DNA of 64,000 bases from a virus (Duplodnaviria > Heunggongvirae > Uroviricota > Caudoviricetes), in the IMG/VR virus record IMGVR_UViG_3300032579_000006. The stretch is one strand, 5' to 3'. Both the position numbers and the translations under genes were made by a program. This document shows positions 38,901 to 47,834 of the stretch, in pieces (the first letter of the stretch is position 1; every line of letters starts with the position of its first letter). The notes beneath the pieces were generated by a model. That model saw only the letters and a list, made by a program, of their open reading frames with translations. It had not been told where the DNA came from and searched no databases.

Positions 38901-40454
38901 TCGCTGATTGTAACTGGTAACATCAATTCTGGTAATATATCTGGTGGTAATTTAGTAAGTGCCAATTATTTCAGCGGTAACGGTAATGCACTGTCTAGTA
39001 TTCAAGGTGCAAATGTAACTGGTACAGTAGGTAGCGCGACCAATGCGGCCGCAGTTCTTAGCAATTCAGCATCAACTGGTACTTATTATATTCCATTCAT
39101 ATCATCAATCGCAAATGGTAACTATACACATGCATCAAATGCCAATTTCTATGCTAATTTGGCTAATGGATACATTACAGCAACCGGATTCGTAGGCACA
39201 CTGAGTGGCGCCGCAACATCTGCAACTACCGCAGGCACAGTAACGACGAATGCACAACCAAACATCACATCAGTTGGTTCGTTGACCTCACTGATTGTAA
39301 ACGGTAATATCAATTCTGGTAATATATCTGGTGGTAATTTAGTAAGCGCTAATTACTTTACTGGTTCTCATGCTAATGGTAACTCAAACATAAACATTCC
39401 ATCAGCTGATGGTAACATAAACTTTAGTAGTGCAGGTAATGCGAATGTTGTTGTAGTAACCGGGACAGGTGTCAATGTTTCTGGCACATTAAACGCAACC
39501 GGCTACGCGAACGTTGGTAACTTAGGTACCGCACAAGTACTTGCAACTGCAAACGTAACTGCTCCGCAATTAATCTCAAACATAGCAACAGGTACTGCAC
39601 CGTTCGCTGTATCAAGCACAACACAAGTTGCTAACTTGAACTCGCAATATGCAGGTACAGCTAACTCAGTAGCAGGTGCAAACGTAACCGGTGCAGTAGC
39701 GTATGCAACGACTGCTAACTCAGTAGCAGGTGCTAACGTAAGTGGTGAAGTTGGTCTTGCTACATACGCAACAACAGCAAACGCGGTAGCAGGTGCTAAC
39801 GTATCAGGTACTGTTGCTAACGCAAATAATTCTGCATATTTAGGTGGTACTGCGGCAGCAAGTTATCTATTAACAAACGGTACTGGTAGTGGTTTAACTG
39901 CAATTACTGGTGCAAACGTAACCGGCGCAGTTTCACAAGCAACAACTGTGATGGGTAACACTCAGAACAATATTAATACACTTGGTGCATTAACTACATT
40001 AAGTACAGGTGCAAACACTACATCAGGTACTATCACTGGTAACTGGTCATTAAGTGCAGGTTCAAAATTAGCCGCAACTTATTCTGACTTGGCAGAAAAA
40101 TATGTTAGTGATGCAGAATATGCTCCGGGTACAGTATTAGTATTTGGTGGTGAATATGAAGTGACATTAGCTAATACATTTGATAGTACACGTGTAGCAG
40201 GTGTAGTAACAACTGCCCCGGCTTACACTATGAATAGCGAATGTCAAGGTGAACATGTTGTTAACATTGCGCTACAAGGTCGTGTACCATGTTTAGTAAT
40301 GGGTCCGGTAAGTAAGGGTGACTTAATGGTTGCAGGTACAAATGGTCGTGCAGTTGCTAATAATGAAGCACGTGCAGGTACTATTATCGGTAAGTCATTA
40401 GAAAACTTTACAGGTACTGAAGGTATTATTGAAGTTGCTGTTGGTAGATTCTAA
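35919..40454 (+). CDS. long tail fibre with modular internal repeats and C-terminal intramolecular chaperone domain
   Basis: [14 protein letters not shown] modules repeated about 6 times. Internal perfect DNA repeats (36891-36960 = 37311-37380). The C-terminal 150 aa are homologous to the 11642-13741 fibre chaperone domain. The ORF track start is 35892. Confidence 0.75.
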   Translation: MSQQNIDFGTFPDDPNADAIRIAFQKTQNNFSQLFDTLQSQSVLSVNKSQGAGITVNSPTGNVVVSANIACVQVTSTTLAVGINGSNNSGKSGGLATVTKSTDILLVDLPYDVANINNITAAQTITANDIVANNSFTSTSFSATGNVSAGNLFSTGNIYANSGNANVSNVNAGNGYFTANLSVISNVSAGNVYANSGTVGAATGNFSGNVNAANANLGNTVTANFFSGNGYYLTGVITAPGPKIVNGASYTNIATSGGNVVTAVNGNTTFTVTSTGANISGTLGVTGNITAGNLDGANSVFANYLTGTLTTAAQPNITSVGTLSSLSVNGTVTAPNFTANTGVFTGNGSGLSSIAGANVTGAVAYATTANSVAGANVSGTVGSATNAAAVLSNSASTGTYYIPFISSIANGNYTHASNANFSANLSNGYITATGFVGTLSGSATSATTAGTVTTNAQPNITSVGTLSSLSVNGTVTAPNFTANTGVFTGNANGLTGIPGANVTGAVAYATTANSVAGANVSGAVAYATTANAVAGANVSGTVSSATSATNASAVLNNVQTTGTYYPAFISSTANGNYAHASNSAFSANFANGALSATTFVGTLSGAATTAGTVTTNAQPNITSVGTLTGLNVNGTITAPNITANTGVFTGNGSGLSAIAGANVTGTVSSASTATTATTAGTVTTNAQPNITSVGTLANLTVGNASANTQFGNGTINAAGNVQAANLIGPLASGNSNVTITANSNVNIYVAGNATSQLTVTSTGANIAGYATVAGNLTSANANLGNLAKANYFQGDGGLLSNITVSGGTSIVNGNSNIAVGANSNITMSVAGVSNVMVITSTGANITGTLTVGNVSAGNITGNVTTAAQGNITSLGTLTGLTVAGPVNLGPASNLTLSGGSANQLLVSNGAGGAAWQTVTSLTLAPGSNTQVLFNDSGSFAANSGLTFNKTTGALTVTGNANTGNIGANNAVFTSVTGTLTTNAQPNITSVGSLTSLIVTGNINSGNISGGNLVSANYFSGNGNALSSIQGANVTGTVGSATNAAAVLSNSASTGTYYIPFISSIANGNYTHASNANFYANLANGYITATGFVGTLSGAATSATTAGTVTTNAQPNITSVGSLTSLIVNGNINSGNISGGNLVSANYFTGSHANGNSNINIPSADGNINFSSAGNANVVVVTGTGVNVSGTLNATGYANVGNLGTAQVLATANVTAPQLISNIATGTAPFAVSSTTQVANLNSQYAGTANSVAGANVTGAVAYATTANSVAGANVSGEVGLATYATTANAVAGANVSGTVANANNSAYLGGTAAASYLLTNGTGSGLTAITGANVTGAVSQATTVMGNTQNNINTLGALTTLSTGANTTSGTITGNWSLSAGSKLAATYSDLAEKYVSDAEYAPGTVLVFGGEYEVTLANTFDSTRVAGVVTTAPAYTMNSECQGEHVVNIALQGRVPCLVMGPVSKGDLMVAGTNGRAVANNEARAGTIIGKSLENFTGTEGIIEVAVGRF

Positions 40455-40505
40455 AAAGGTCACATTGTATTTTATTAAACATTTATTAAAAATGATAAGT
40501 ACAAT

Positions 40506-40775
40506 GTGATTAATGTTTTTCAATTAGAATACGAAACAAGACTAAAGAGTTGGTACGAACTCAGGCAATCCCTCGAAAACAAAGATATTGCCACTAAGTG
40601 TTTAGAAATAGACAAATGGTGGCAGTACGCACCTTTGGTTAATTATTATCTTCATCCAGATGATATTGATAATTGGCCCGGTCCGTGGGAATTACTGAAT
40701 GATAACAATTATTGCCAAATTGCCAGGGGTTTGGGTATGCAATTTGCGTTCTCGTTTCGGTGTATAATACAATAA
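40506..40775 (+). CDS. small protein, paralog 1 of a tandem pair
   Basis: GTG start. Shares W-x-ELR...DK...W-x-APxxxxYLHPDDIxxWPxPWELLN with the next ORF. Confidence 0.4.
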   Translation: MINVFQLEYETRLKSWYELRQSLENKDIATKCLEIDKWWQYAPLVNYYLHPDDIDNWPGPWELLNDNNYCQIARGLGMQFAFSFRCIIQ

Positions 40776-41219
40776 ATGAACATATTTTTACAGGATTACT
40801 ATTTACGCCTCAAGGCGTGGCATGAACTTAGAGAAATCCTTAAGGACAAAGATTTGCAAACAATCTGCGTCGAGGTTGATAAGTTTTGGCAATGGGCACC
40901 TATTAGTGCCCATTATCTTCATCCAGATGACATAGAAGACTGGCCTAATCCATGGGAACTACTCAACGTGAATACTTACTGTCTATATGGTCGTGCATTG
41001 GGCATGATTTATACTCTTGTGTTATTGGGCGTACAAGACATTGACTTTGTTGAAGGAATAAGTGATAATGACAAAGATGTCATATTAGTTCTGGTTGATA
41101 ACGCAAAATATGTTATGAATGGTGGTATAGATACAGTGTTAAATACTGATCTTGCGTCGTTCGACATAAAGAAACATATCAACATAGATCCATTGACACA
41201 GAAGATAGGCAAGCAATGA
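40776..41219 (+). CDS. small protein, paralog 2 of a tandem pair
   Basis: TATAATA, then 6 nt, then ATG, with no SD. Confidence 0.45.
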   Translation: MNIFLQDYYLRLKAWHELREILKDKDLQTICVEVDKFWQWAPISAHYLHPDDIEDWPNPWELLNVNTYCLYGRALGMIYTLVLLGVQDIDFVEGISDNDKDVILVLVDNAKYVMNGGIDTVLNTDLASFDIKKHINIDPLTQKIGKQ

Positions 41220-42871
41220 CAATTAATGTAACAAAAAGATCAGGAATAATCGAACCCCTACAACTAGAAAAGTGGCAGTCGCAAATCGCTAAAATTTGTA
41301 GCGGCATCGCTGACATTAGCCAATCGATGATTGAAATCAAAGCTTCTCCTCATTTTTTTGATGGCATTACTACTAGAGAAATTGACGAGCTAACCCTGCG
41401 CGCAATAGTAGACCTAATTGATATTGAATCTAATCCGGACGTTGGTCATACCAATTACCAATTTGTGGCAGGTAAGCAAAGACTGTCTATGTTGCGCAAA
41501 GACGTATATGGACAATTTCAGCCGCCGCATCTTTATGAGATAGTAAAGAAGAACGTAGAAGTAGGGCTGTATACATCTGAACTGCTTGATTGGTATACGG
41601 AAGACGATTGGAATAAAATGAATGAAATGCTTGACCATGAAAAGGATGAGCAATATTCATATGCGGCGATTGAACAATTAGTAGAAAAGTATCTAGTTCG
41701 CAACAGAGCAACTAAAGAAATCTACGAAACTCCACAAGTTAGATACATGATCGCCGCCGCGACGGTTTTTCACAGCGAAGAACCTAATACAGCCAGAATG
41801 CGATATATTAAGGAATATTATAATGCTGCGAGTGATGGGCTTTTTACTCTTGCTACTCCTGTGCTTGCTGGCCTTGGCACTCCTACTAAACAATTTAGTA
41901 GCTGCGTTCTTATTCGTAGCGACGATGATCTAGATAGCATCTTTGCTTCCGGAGAGATGATGGCAAAGTATGCGAGCAAGCGTGCTGGTATTGGACTAGA
42001 GATAGGAAGATTGCGTTCATTAGGTTCGCCAATTCGCGGCGGAGAAATCATGCATACCGGTATGATTCCTTTTCTAAAGAAATGGTTCGGAGACCTCCGT
42101 TCGTGTTCTCAGGGAGGAATCAGAAACGCATCCGCCACTGTCTTTTATCCTATCTGGCATCACCAATTCGATGACCTAATTGTATTAAAGAATAATCAGG
42201 GAACCGAAGAAACCCGTGTTCGTCATATGGATTATGGCGTTGTTCTCAGTGCATTCTTCTGGCGCCGATTCAAGAATAAGGAAAACATCACCTTCTTTGA
42301 TCCAAATGAAGTTCCAGATTTATATGAAGCGTTCTATAAGAACACAGCAAAGTTTGAAGAACTTTATGTAAAGTACGAGAAACGTAAAGACCTTCGTAAG
42401 AAGACAATGAGTGCTGAAGAAGTGTTTAAGGGAGGCATACTAAAGGAACGCACAGACACTGGCCGCATCTATTTGGTCTTTATCGACAATGTTATGAAGC
42501 AAGGCCCGTTCGATCCTGAGTACCATACTATATATCAATCTAACCTTTGCTGTGTAACCGGTGAAACACAAGTAACTTTCTTGCACGAAAACGGCAACAC
42601 AGAACAAATGTCTGTTTCTAGTGCTGTGGAAAGATTTGAATTAGGTAATTTAACTACTTCAAAGATTAAAAGTTTTAAGAATGGTGAAGTTTCCTGGGAA
42701 AATATTTCTGCGGCAATTAAAACTAAAACAGTCACCGAACTGTATGAAATTGAAGATGAAAACGGTAATGTATTGAGATGCACAGGAGACCATCGTGTTT
42801 TTACTAAGAATAGAGGTTATGTAAGAGCCGATGAATTAGTTGAAACTGACGAGTTATGTGTTGAAATTTGA
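41216..42871 (+). CDS. nrdA: ribonucleotide reductase class I alpha subunit, N-terminal extein fused to an N-terminal split-intein half
   Basis: ATP cone (VTKRSGIIEPLQLEKW). The catalytic-site approach ends ...YQSNL(C) and is followed by intein block A (CVTGETQV) and block B (TGDHRVFT), then a stop. The tail RCTGDHRVFTKNRGYVRADELVETDELCVEI is nearly identical to the published NrdJ-1 N-intein tail. Confidence 0.85.
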   Translation: MTINVTKRSGIIEPLQLEKWQSQIAKICSGIADISQSMIEIKASPHFFDGITTREIDELTLRAIVDLIDIESNPDVGHTNYQFVAGKQRLSMLRKDVYGQFQPPHLYEIVKKNVEVGLYTSELLDWYTEDDWNKMNEMLDHEKDEQYSYAAIEQLVEKYLVRNRATKEIYETPQVRYMIAAATVFHSEEPNTARMRYIKEYYNAASDGLFTLATPVLAGLGTPTKQFSSCVLIRSDDDLDSIFASGEMMAKYASKRAGIGLEIGRLRSLGSPIRGGEIMHTGMIPFLKKWFGDLRSCSQGGIRNASATVFYPIWHHQFDDLIVLKNNQGTEETRVRHMDYGVVLSAFFWRRFKNKENITFFDPNEVPDLYEAFYKNTAKFEELYVKYEKRKDLRKKTMSAEEVFKGGILKERTDTGRIYLVFIDNVMKQGPFDPEYHTIYQSNLCCVTGETQVTFLHENGNTEQMSVSSAVERFELGNLTTSKIKSFKNGEVSWENISAAIKTKTVTELYEIEDENGNVLRCTGDHRVFTKNRGYVRADELVETDELCVEI

Positions 42872-42904
42872 TTCCCGAACATAAATACATATGGAGAAAT
42901 TCAT

Positions 42905-43840
42905 ATGTATAAAGAACTTTATAAGACTATAATTGACAACGCAAGAAAAGAAAACAGAATGAGAAATCAAGGAACATATTATGAACGACACCATATCGTT
43001 CCTGATTTCTTGTACAAGAACAGAAAGAGAACAGGACCAAACGGGCATCTAGACGGTAATCCAGATAGCGCGGAGAATTTAATTCTATTGACTTTTTCCG
43101 AACACTTAATGGCTCATTACTACTTGTATGAGATTTATAAAGGAACTCGTTATGAATACTCTGCTGGTTCTGCCCTGCAATTCTTTTTTGTAAAAGCGAC
43201 AGGCAACCACAAACGACAAATTAATTTGTCAGATGTTGATGAAAAGTTTCTTAAAGAAATGGAACACTTAAGACTACTAGGCAATGAATGTATTAGTAAG
43301 GCAAGAAAAGGAAAGATGCCTGTTGTCGATGCTGTGACTAGAGAAAAAATAGGATCAGTCTCCGTAGATCACCCTAAAGTTTTATCAGGGGAATGGGTTC
43401 ATCATAGTAAAGGCGTTCCTGGAAAGTCTGCAAGAGATATGTCTGGTTCTAAAAATACTAACTTTAAGGAATTAACTCAGGATCGAAGAGAAAGAATGTG
43501 GAAATGTGTGTCTGAATCTTGTCAAGAGGGTTACTTGAAGTTACACTTATTGCAGGATAATATGAAAAAAGAATTTGTAGAGTTTAAGAAAATTTCATTG
43601 GCGTGGATAGGCAAAAAGTTTGGATCTTTAGAAAATCTAATAAACGAAACGAATAAGAACTTGAATCTAAACATCAAATATAATCCATATCATAGAAGCG
43701 CAGAGCAACGACGGGTTGCAGCAGAACACTCAAAAAAACATCGATGGTACAACAACGGCGTACAAAATGTAAGAGTCACAGACGAAGAAGAATTTTGTAA
43801 ACATAATCCAAATTATGTATTAGGAAGAATAAAAATATGA
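42905..43840 (+). CDS. free-standing HNH homing endonuclease lying between the two intein halves
   Basis: YYERHHIVP...NLILLTFSEHLMAH HNH core. Paralog of the 44982 gene. The start lies in a CATATG...CATATG hairpin. Confidence 0.75.
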   Translation: MYKELYKTIIDNARKENRMRNQGTYYERHHIVPDFLYKNRKRTGPNGHLDGNPDSAENLILLTFSEHLMAHYYLYEIYKGTRYEYSAGSALQFFFVKATGNHKRQINLSDVDEKFLKEMEHLRLLGNECISKARKGKMPVVDAVTREKIGSVSVDHPKVLSGEWVHHSKGVPGKSARDMSGSKNTNFKELTQDRRERMWKCVSESCQEGYLKLHLLQDNMKKEFVEFKKISLAWIGKKFGSLENLINETNKNLNLNIKYNPYHRSAEQRRVAAEHSKKHRWYNNGVQNVRVTDEEEFCKHNPNYVLGRIKI

Positions 43841-44925
43841 TTAAAATTAAAAAAATTAAAGTAGAACCAACCGATGTATATGACTTATCTGTGCCTGAAA
43901 CAGAATGTTTCTTTGCTAATAACATATTAGTTCATAACTGCGAGATCCTACTACCTACAAAGTCATTCAAGAGACTAGATGATGAGGCCGGCCGAATTGC
44001 GCTGTGTACCTTAGGGAGTATTAATTGGGGTGCGTTCCGTAACCCAGAAGATATGCGCCGAGCATGTCGTATTCTACTAAGAAGTCTGAATAACATTTTG
44101 GATTATCAAGACTTCCTTTCTATTCAGTCTAAGTTATCGAATGACGAGATTCGTCCAATCGGTATCGGTGTAACTAATCTCGCATACTGGCACGCTAAGC
44201 GCGGATATAAGTACGGAGACTCAGATGCACTACAGGACGTAAAGAGTTGGGCAGAACACCAGACTTACTACCTCATGGAAGCAAATGTAGAATTGGCAAA
44301 AGAGCGTGGAAAGTGCATTGACTCTGACAAGACCCGCTATGGTCAAGGAATCTTTCCCTGGGAACTTAGAGCCAATGGTGTAAACGAGCTAGCAGACTTT
44401 AATCCTGAGCTTGATTGGGAATCACTACGATTTGAAATGAAAGAGTATGGTGTGCGAAACAGCACAGTTGGTGCCATTGCTCCGGTTGAATCTTCATCTG
44501 TTGCCATTAATTCAACTAATGGTATTGCACTACCAATGAGTTTGATTTCTGTTAAGGAATCAAAAGCGGGATCCTTCGTGCAAGTTGTCCCAGAATATCA
44601 TAATATTAAGGTCAGAAAGAATTATCAGTTGATGTGGGATCAGGTTGATTGCGTCGAGTATCTTAAGACCTCTGCTGTTCTTGCTGCATACATGGATCAA
44701 TCAATTTCAACTGATACGTTCTATAATCCAGCACATTTCCCTGATCGCAAGATACCAACTACGCTAATTGCTAAAAATTTGATGCTAGCACATAAGTTCG
44801 GTCTCAAGACGCTTTATTATAGCCTCGTGTGTAAACAAGGTTCTAAAGAAGAAGCCGACGATGCACCTCTTATGCCTATAGACTTTTTTGAAGATGAAGA
44901 TTCCTGCGAGAGTTGTAAGTTATAG
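43837..44925 (+). CDS. nrdA: C-terminal split-intein half fused to the ribonucleotide reductase alpha C-terminal extein
   Basis: MIKIKKIKVEPTDVYDLSVPETECFFANNILVHN|CEILLPT: intein blocks F/G with terminal HN and +1 Cys. Splicing would restore the SNLCEILLP thiyl-radical site. Confidence 0.85.
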   Translation: MIKIKKIKVEPTDVYDLSVPETECFFANNILVHNCEILLPTKSFKRLDDEAGRIALCTLGSINWGAFRNPEDMRRACRILLRSLNNILDYQDFLSIQSKLSNDEIRPIGIGVTNLAYWHAKRGYKYGDSDALQDVKSWAEHQTYYLMEANVELAKERGKCIDSDKTRYGQGIFPWELRANGVNELADFNPELDWESLRFEMKEYGVRNSTVGAIAPVESSSVAINSTNGIALPMSLISVKESKAGSFVQVVPEYHNIKVRKNYQLMWDQVDCVEYLKTSAVLAAYMDQSISTDTFYNPAHFPDRKIPTTLIAKNLMLAHKFGLKTLYYSLVCKQGSKEEADDAPLMPIDFFEDEDSCESCKL

Positions 44926-44981
44926 CATGTAAACTATAAGTTTTCTGTAAACTATGATAAATAAGTTTACAGGAGATTTAC

Positions 44982-45650
44982 ATGAACTATGAAAAAATAT
45001 ACAATACATTAGTAAGTAGAGGACAGAGTAGAATACTAGAAGGATATAGCGAGAAGCATCATATTGTTCCTAAATGTCTTGGTGGAACCGATGACGCATC
45101 TAACTTAGTATCATTGACTCCTGAAGAACATTATTTGTGTCATCTGTTATTAGTTAAACTGTATCCTAACAATATACGACTGGTAAAGGCCGCTATGTTT
45201 ATGCTATCATCAAATAGTGAACAACAGAGAAACAACAAGTCATATGGCTGGTTAAAGAGACAATATTCCGAATATATGCGCGGTCCTAATAACCCGGCAA
45301 AACTAAACGGACCATGGAACAAGGGTATGACAGGCTATAAAAATAAAGTCAACTTTTCGGACGACACATTAAAATCAATGTCTACCCGAATGACGGGTGA
45401 AAAAAATCCATGTTCTGGTGTTAAGCCCTGGAATCATCCAAGAGCAACAGATTATTCTAAATCTGTTTGGAAACAAGCAGAAACGATTTACAATGTTTGG
45501 GTAGAAAACAATAAACCCTCGTACTGTAAGTTATATACATTAGTGAACGATAAGAGTTATATTAATGAAAGCAAAGTTATAGGACCGTATATGAATATGG
45601 TAAAATATTTTAGAAGTGGTTGGATTCCAACACAAGATACCGAGTTGTAA
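44982..45650 (+). CDS. HNH homing endonuclease
   Basis: EKHHIVPKCLGGTDDASNLVSLTPEEHYLCH. The SD lies partly inside a 9-bp hairpin (CTGTAAACT / AGTTTACAG). Confidence 0.7.
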   Translation: MNYEKIYNTLVSRGQSRILEGYSEKHHIVPKCLGGTDDASNLVSLTPEEHYLCHLLLVKLYPNNIRLVKAAMFMLSSNSEQQRNNKSYGWLKRQYSEYMRGPNNPAKLNGPWNKGMTGYKNKVNFSDDTLKSMSTRMTGEKNPCSGVKPWNHPRATDYSKSVWKQAETIYNVWVENNKPSYCKLYTLVNDKSYINESKVIGPYMNMVKYFRSGWIPTQDTEL

Positions 45651-45903
45651 AGGAAAGCAGATTAAATACACCTACAGCGAAAGCATTGCTCCGTACGTAA
45701 AGAAGACTACTAAAGGTATTAATAAAACAGAAGAGCATAAAAAGAATCAAAGCAAAGCAATGAGCGGCCGTAGTGGGACAAAAGAGTGGTGCGAACAACA
45801 TAGCGAAGCAATGAAGAAGTATCACGCAAAGATGAAAGACAAACTTTAGGAACGGTTGGGTTCCTATAGAAGATTTAGAATGGAAAGAACTAAAGGAAAA
45901 AAA

Positions 45904-46488
45904 ATGAAATTTAAAAATATCGTAGCAACAGCATTAGTATTATTCGCCGTCGGCGCCGGCGCAGTTTTAGCTGAGCCACTGCATGTCTGTAAAAATATTG
46001 ACTATGCTCTATGTGCCGCAAGTCCAACTACGCCAACAGGTAAAACCATGAAGGTCAATGGCAAAACATTCAAAGAAGGCATGGCAGCATGTCCAATACT
46101 TCACGGTGATGCTGCGGCCAACCTAAACCTGATGAATGGGTCATGTGATGCTCCTGGTCCAGGTAAAATTTGGAGTTTGTTTGGCATTCCAGCCCAGACC
46201 AGTTATCCACAACAACCCACTTGGGCGGTGGCACCTGCACAATTTAGAAGCTTCATTATTGGCACAACGCCTACAACCGGTATGAGCAATATGTGGAGTT
46301 TTCCATGCGAGATCCAAGCACAAAAAGTCAATGGAGTAAAGTTGGCTTCGTGTTATGGACCTATCATGGAAAGTCCTTGGACTAACGATCATGTTAAACC
46401 TGGCCAGATTGGATTTACCCAGGCCGCAGAAGGTGTGACATATCCGGTTGGTGGTAATGCTCCGGCTAACATTGGATCTAAAAAATAA
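45904..46488 (+). CDS. secreted Cys-rich protein (signal peptide)
   Basis: MKFKNIVATALVLFAVGAGAVLA signal peptide, then 8 Cys. The start was chosen at the ATG with an AAGGA SD; the ORF track lists 45856. Confidence 0.5.
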   Translation: MKFKNIVATALVLFAVGAGAVLAEPLHVCKNIDYALCAASPTTPTGKTMKVNGKTFKEGMAACPILHGDAAANLNLMNGSCDAPGPGKIWSLFGIPAQTSYPQQPTWAVAPAQFRSFIIGTTPTTGMSNMWSFPCEIQAQKVNGVKLASCYGPIMESPWTNDHVKPGQIGFTQAAEGVTYPVGGNAPANIGSKK

Positions 46489-46489
46489 T

Positions 46490-47590
46490 ATGAGTAAAGC
46501 GCAATACAATCTCAATACCAAGACAGACTACCTGCATCGCAAGATGTTCCTGGATCCAGCAGGTCCCGTAACCATCCAACGATTTGAGGAAGTAAAATAT
46601 AATAAGCTAGCAAAAATAGAGCAAACTGCCCGCGGCTTCTTTTGGATTTCAGAAGAAATCAGTTTGACTAAAGATGCCAATGACATGAAAGATGCTAGCG
46701 AGACAGTAGCACATATGTTTACTAGTAACCTATTGAGACAGACAGCCTTAGATAGTATACAAGGCCGAGCACCTGCGCAGGTGTTTACGCCAGCATGTTC
46801 TATTCCGGAACTAGAAGCAATCATGTCCAATTGGTCCTTTTTTGAAACAAATATTCATTCTCGGGCGTATTCACACATTATTCGTAACATCTATAACGTC
46901 CCTAAGGAAGTTTTCAACACCGTTCACGATACTAGAGAAATCATCGATATGGCTGCAAGTGTAGGTGAATACTATGATCGTTTACATCTATTAAATTGTA
47001 AGAAAGAATGCGGTATTGATGTTTCTGAGGAAGAACACATTAATGCTATTTGGCTAGCGCTACATGCATCTTATGCACTTGAGGCTTTTCGATTTATGGT
47101 TTCATTTGCTACGTCACTTGCGATGGTAGAAAACAAAATCTTTATGGGTAATGGCAACATCATCAGTCTTATTTTACAAGATGAGTTACTGCACAAAGAG
47201 TGGACTGCCTGGATGATTAACCAAGTGATCAAAGAAGATCCTCGATTTTTGCGAGCAAAAAATGAATGCGAAGCAGAAGTCCGTAAGATTTATGAAGATG
47301 TTATACGTGAAGAAAAGGAATGGGCCGGATATCTGTTCAAGAAGGGCCCGGTTATAGGTCTTAACGAACGAATCATGATAGATTTTGTGGATTACAATGC
47401 TGTAGATGCATTGAAGCAGATTGGTATTAAGTATTGGAATCCGGCTCCAAAGTCCACTCCTATTCCATGGTTCAACAAACACATGGATACTAGTAAGAAA
47501 CAAACGGCGCTGCAAGAGTCAGAAAGTACTAATTACGTAGTCGGAATCATGTCACATGACCTAAATTACGATGAACTACCCAATATTTAA
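46490..47590 (+). CDS. nrdB: ribonucleotide reductase class I beta subunit
   Basis: NIHSRAYSHIIRNIY (radical and iron-site region) and a ferritin-like diiron pattern. The ORF track start is 46448. Confidence 0.85.
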   Translation: MSKAQYNLNTKTDYLHRKMFLDPAGPVTIQRFEEVKYNKLAKIEQTARGFFWISEEISLTKDANDMKDASETVAHMFTSNLLRQTALDSIQGRAPAQVFTPACSIPELEAIMSNWSFFETNIHSRAYSHIIRNIYNVPKEVFNTVHDTREIIDMAASVGEYYDRLHLLNCKKECGIDVSEEEHINAIWLALHASYALEAFRFMVSFATSLAMVENKIFMGNGNIISLILQDELLHKEWTAWMINQVIKEDPRFLRAKNECEAEVRKIYEDVIREEKEWAGYLFKKGPVIGLNERIMIDFVDYNAVDALKQIGIKYWNPAPKSTPIPWFNKHMDTSKKQTALQESESTNYVVGIMSHDLNYDELPNI

Positions 47591-47599
47591 GGAGAAGAA

Positions 47600-47833
47600 A
47601 TGAAGGCATTAATTTGGTCAAAGGAAAATTGCACCTACTGTGTGCAAGCAAAGGCTCTATTGGATTCTAAGGGAATCGAATATGAAGAACGTAAGATCGG
47701 GTCAGGATACGCAATAGAAGATTTGCTTGAGGCAATTCCAAACGCTCGCACTGTTCCGCAAATCTTTTTAGACGGAGCGTATGTCGGCGGCTTCCGCGAG
47801 CTACAAGCTAAGTTTTTAGCGGAGTCAGTGTAA
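47600..47833 (+). CDS. glutaredoxin (NrdH/Grx-like)
   Basis: WSKENCTYCVQAK with a CxxC active site and ...TVPQIFLDG. Confidence 0.75.
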   Translation: MKALIWSKENCTYCVQAKALLDSKGIEYEERKIGSGYAIEDLLEAIPNARTVPQIFLDGAYVGGFRELQAKFLAESV

Positions 47834-47834
47834 T

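Noticed and set aside
36134-38965. Several 70-130-aa minus-strand ORFs inside the long tail-fibre gene, and likewise 22206-22550, 32652-32943, 33171-33569, 34410-35129
   Set aside because: These are antisense frames of low-complexity, repeat-rich coding sequence with no RBS. They are artefacts of composition.
35892-40454. CRISPR-like periodic repeats
   Set aside because: The periodicity (about 420 nt and 2 kb) and the continuous ORF show that these are protein-coding module repeats of a tail fibre, not a repeat-spacer array. No short direct repeats with unique spacers were found anywhere in the window.
45616-45849. 77-aa ORF overlapping the 3-prime end of the HNH gene 44982-45650
   Set aside because: It possibly encodes a C-terminal DNA-binding extension out of frame (the motif NGWVPIEDLEW recurs in a third frame at 45850-45900). 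No RBS and the overlap make an independent gene unlikely, so it is left unannotated.
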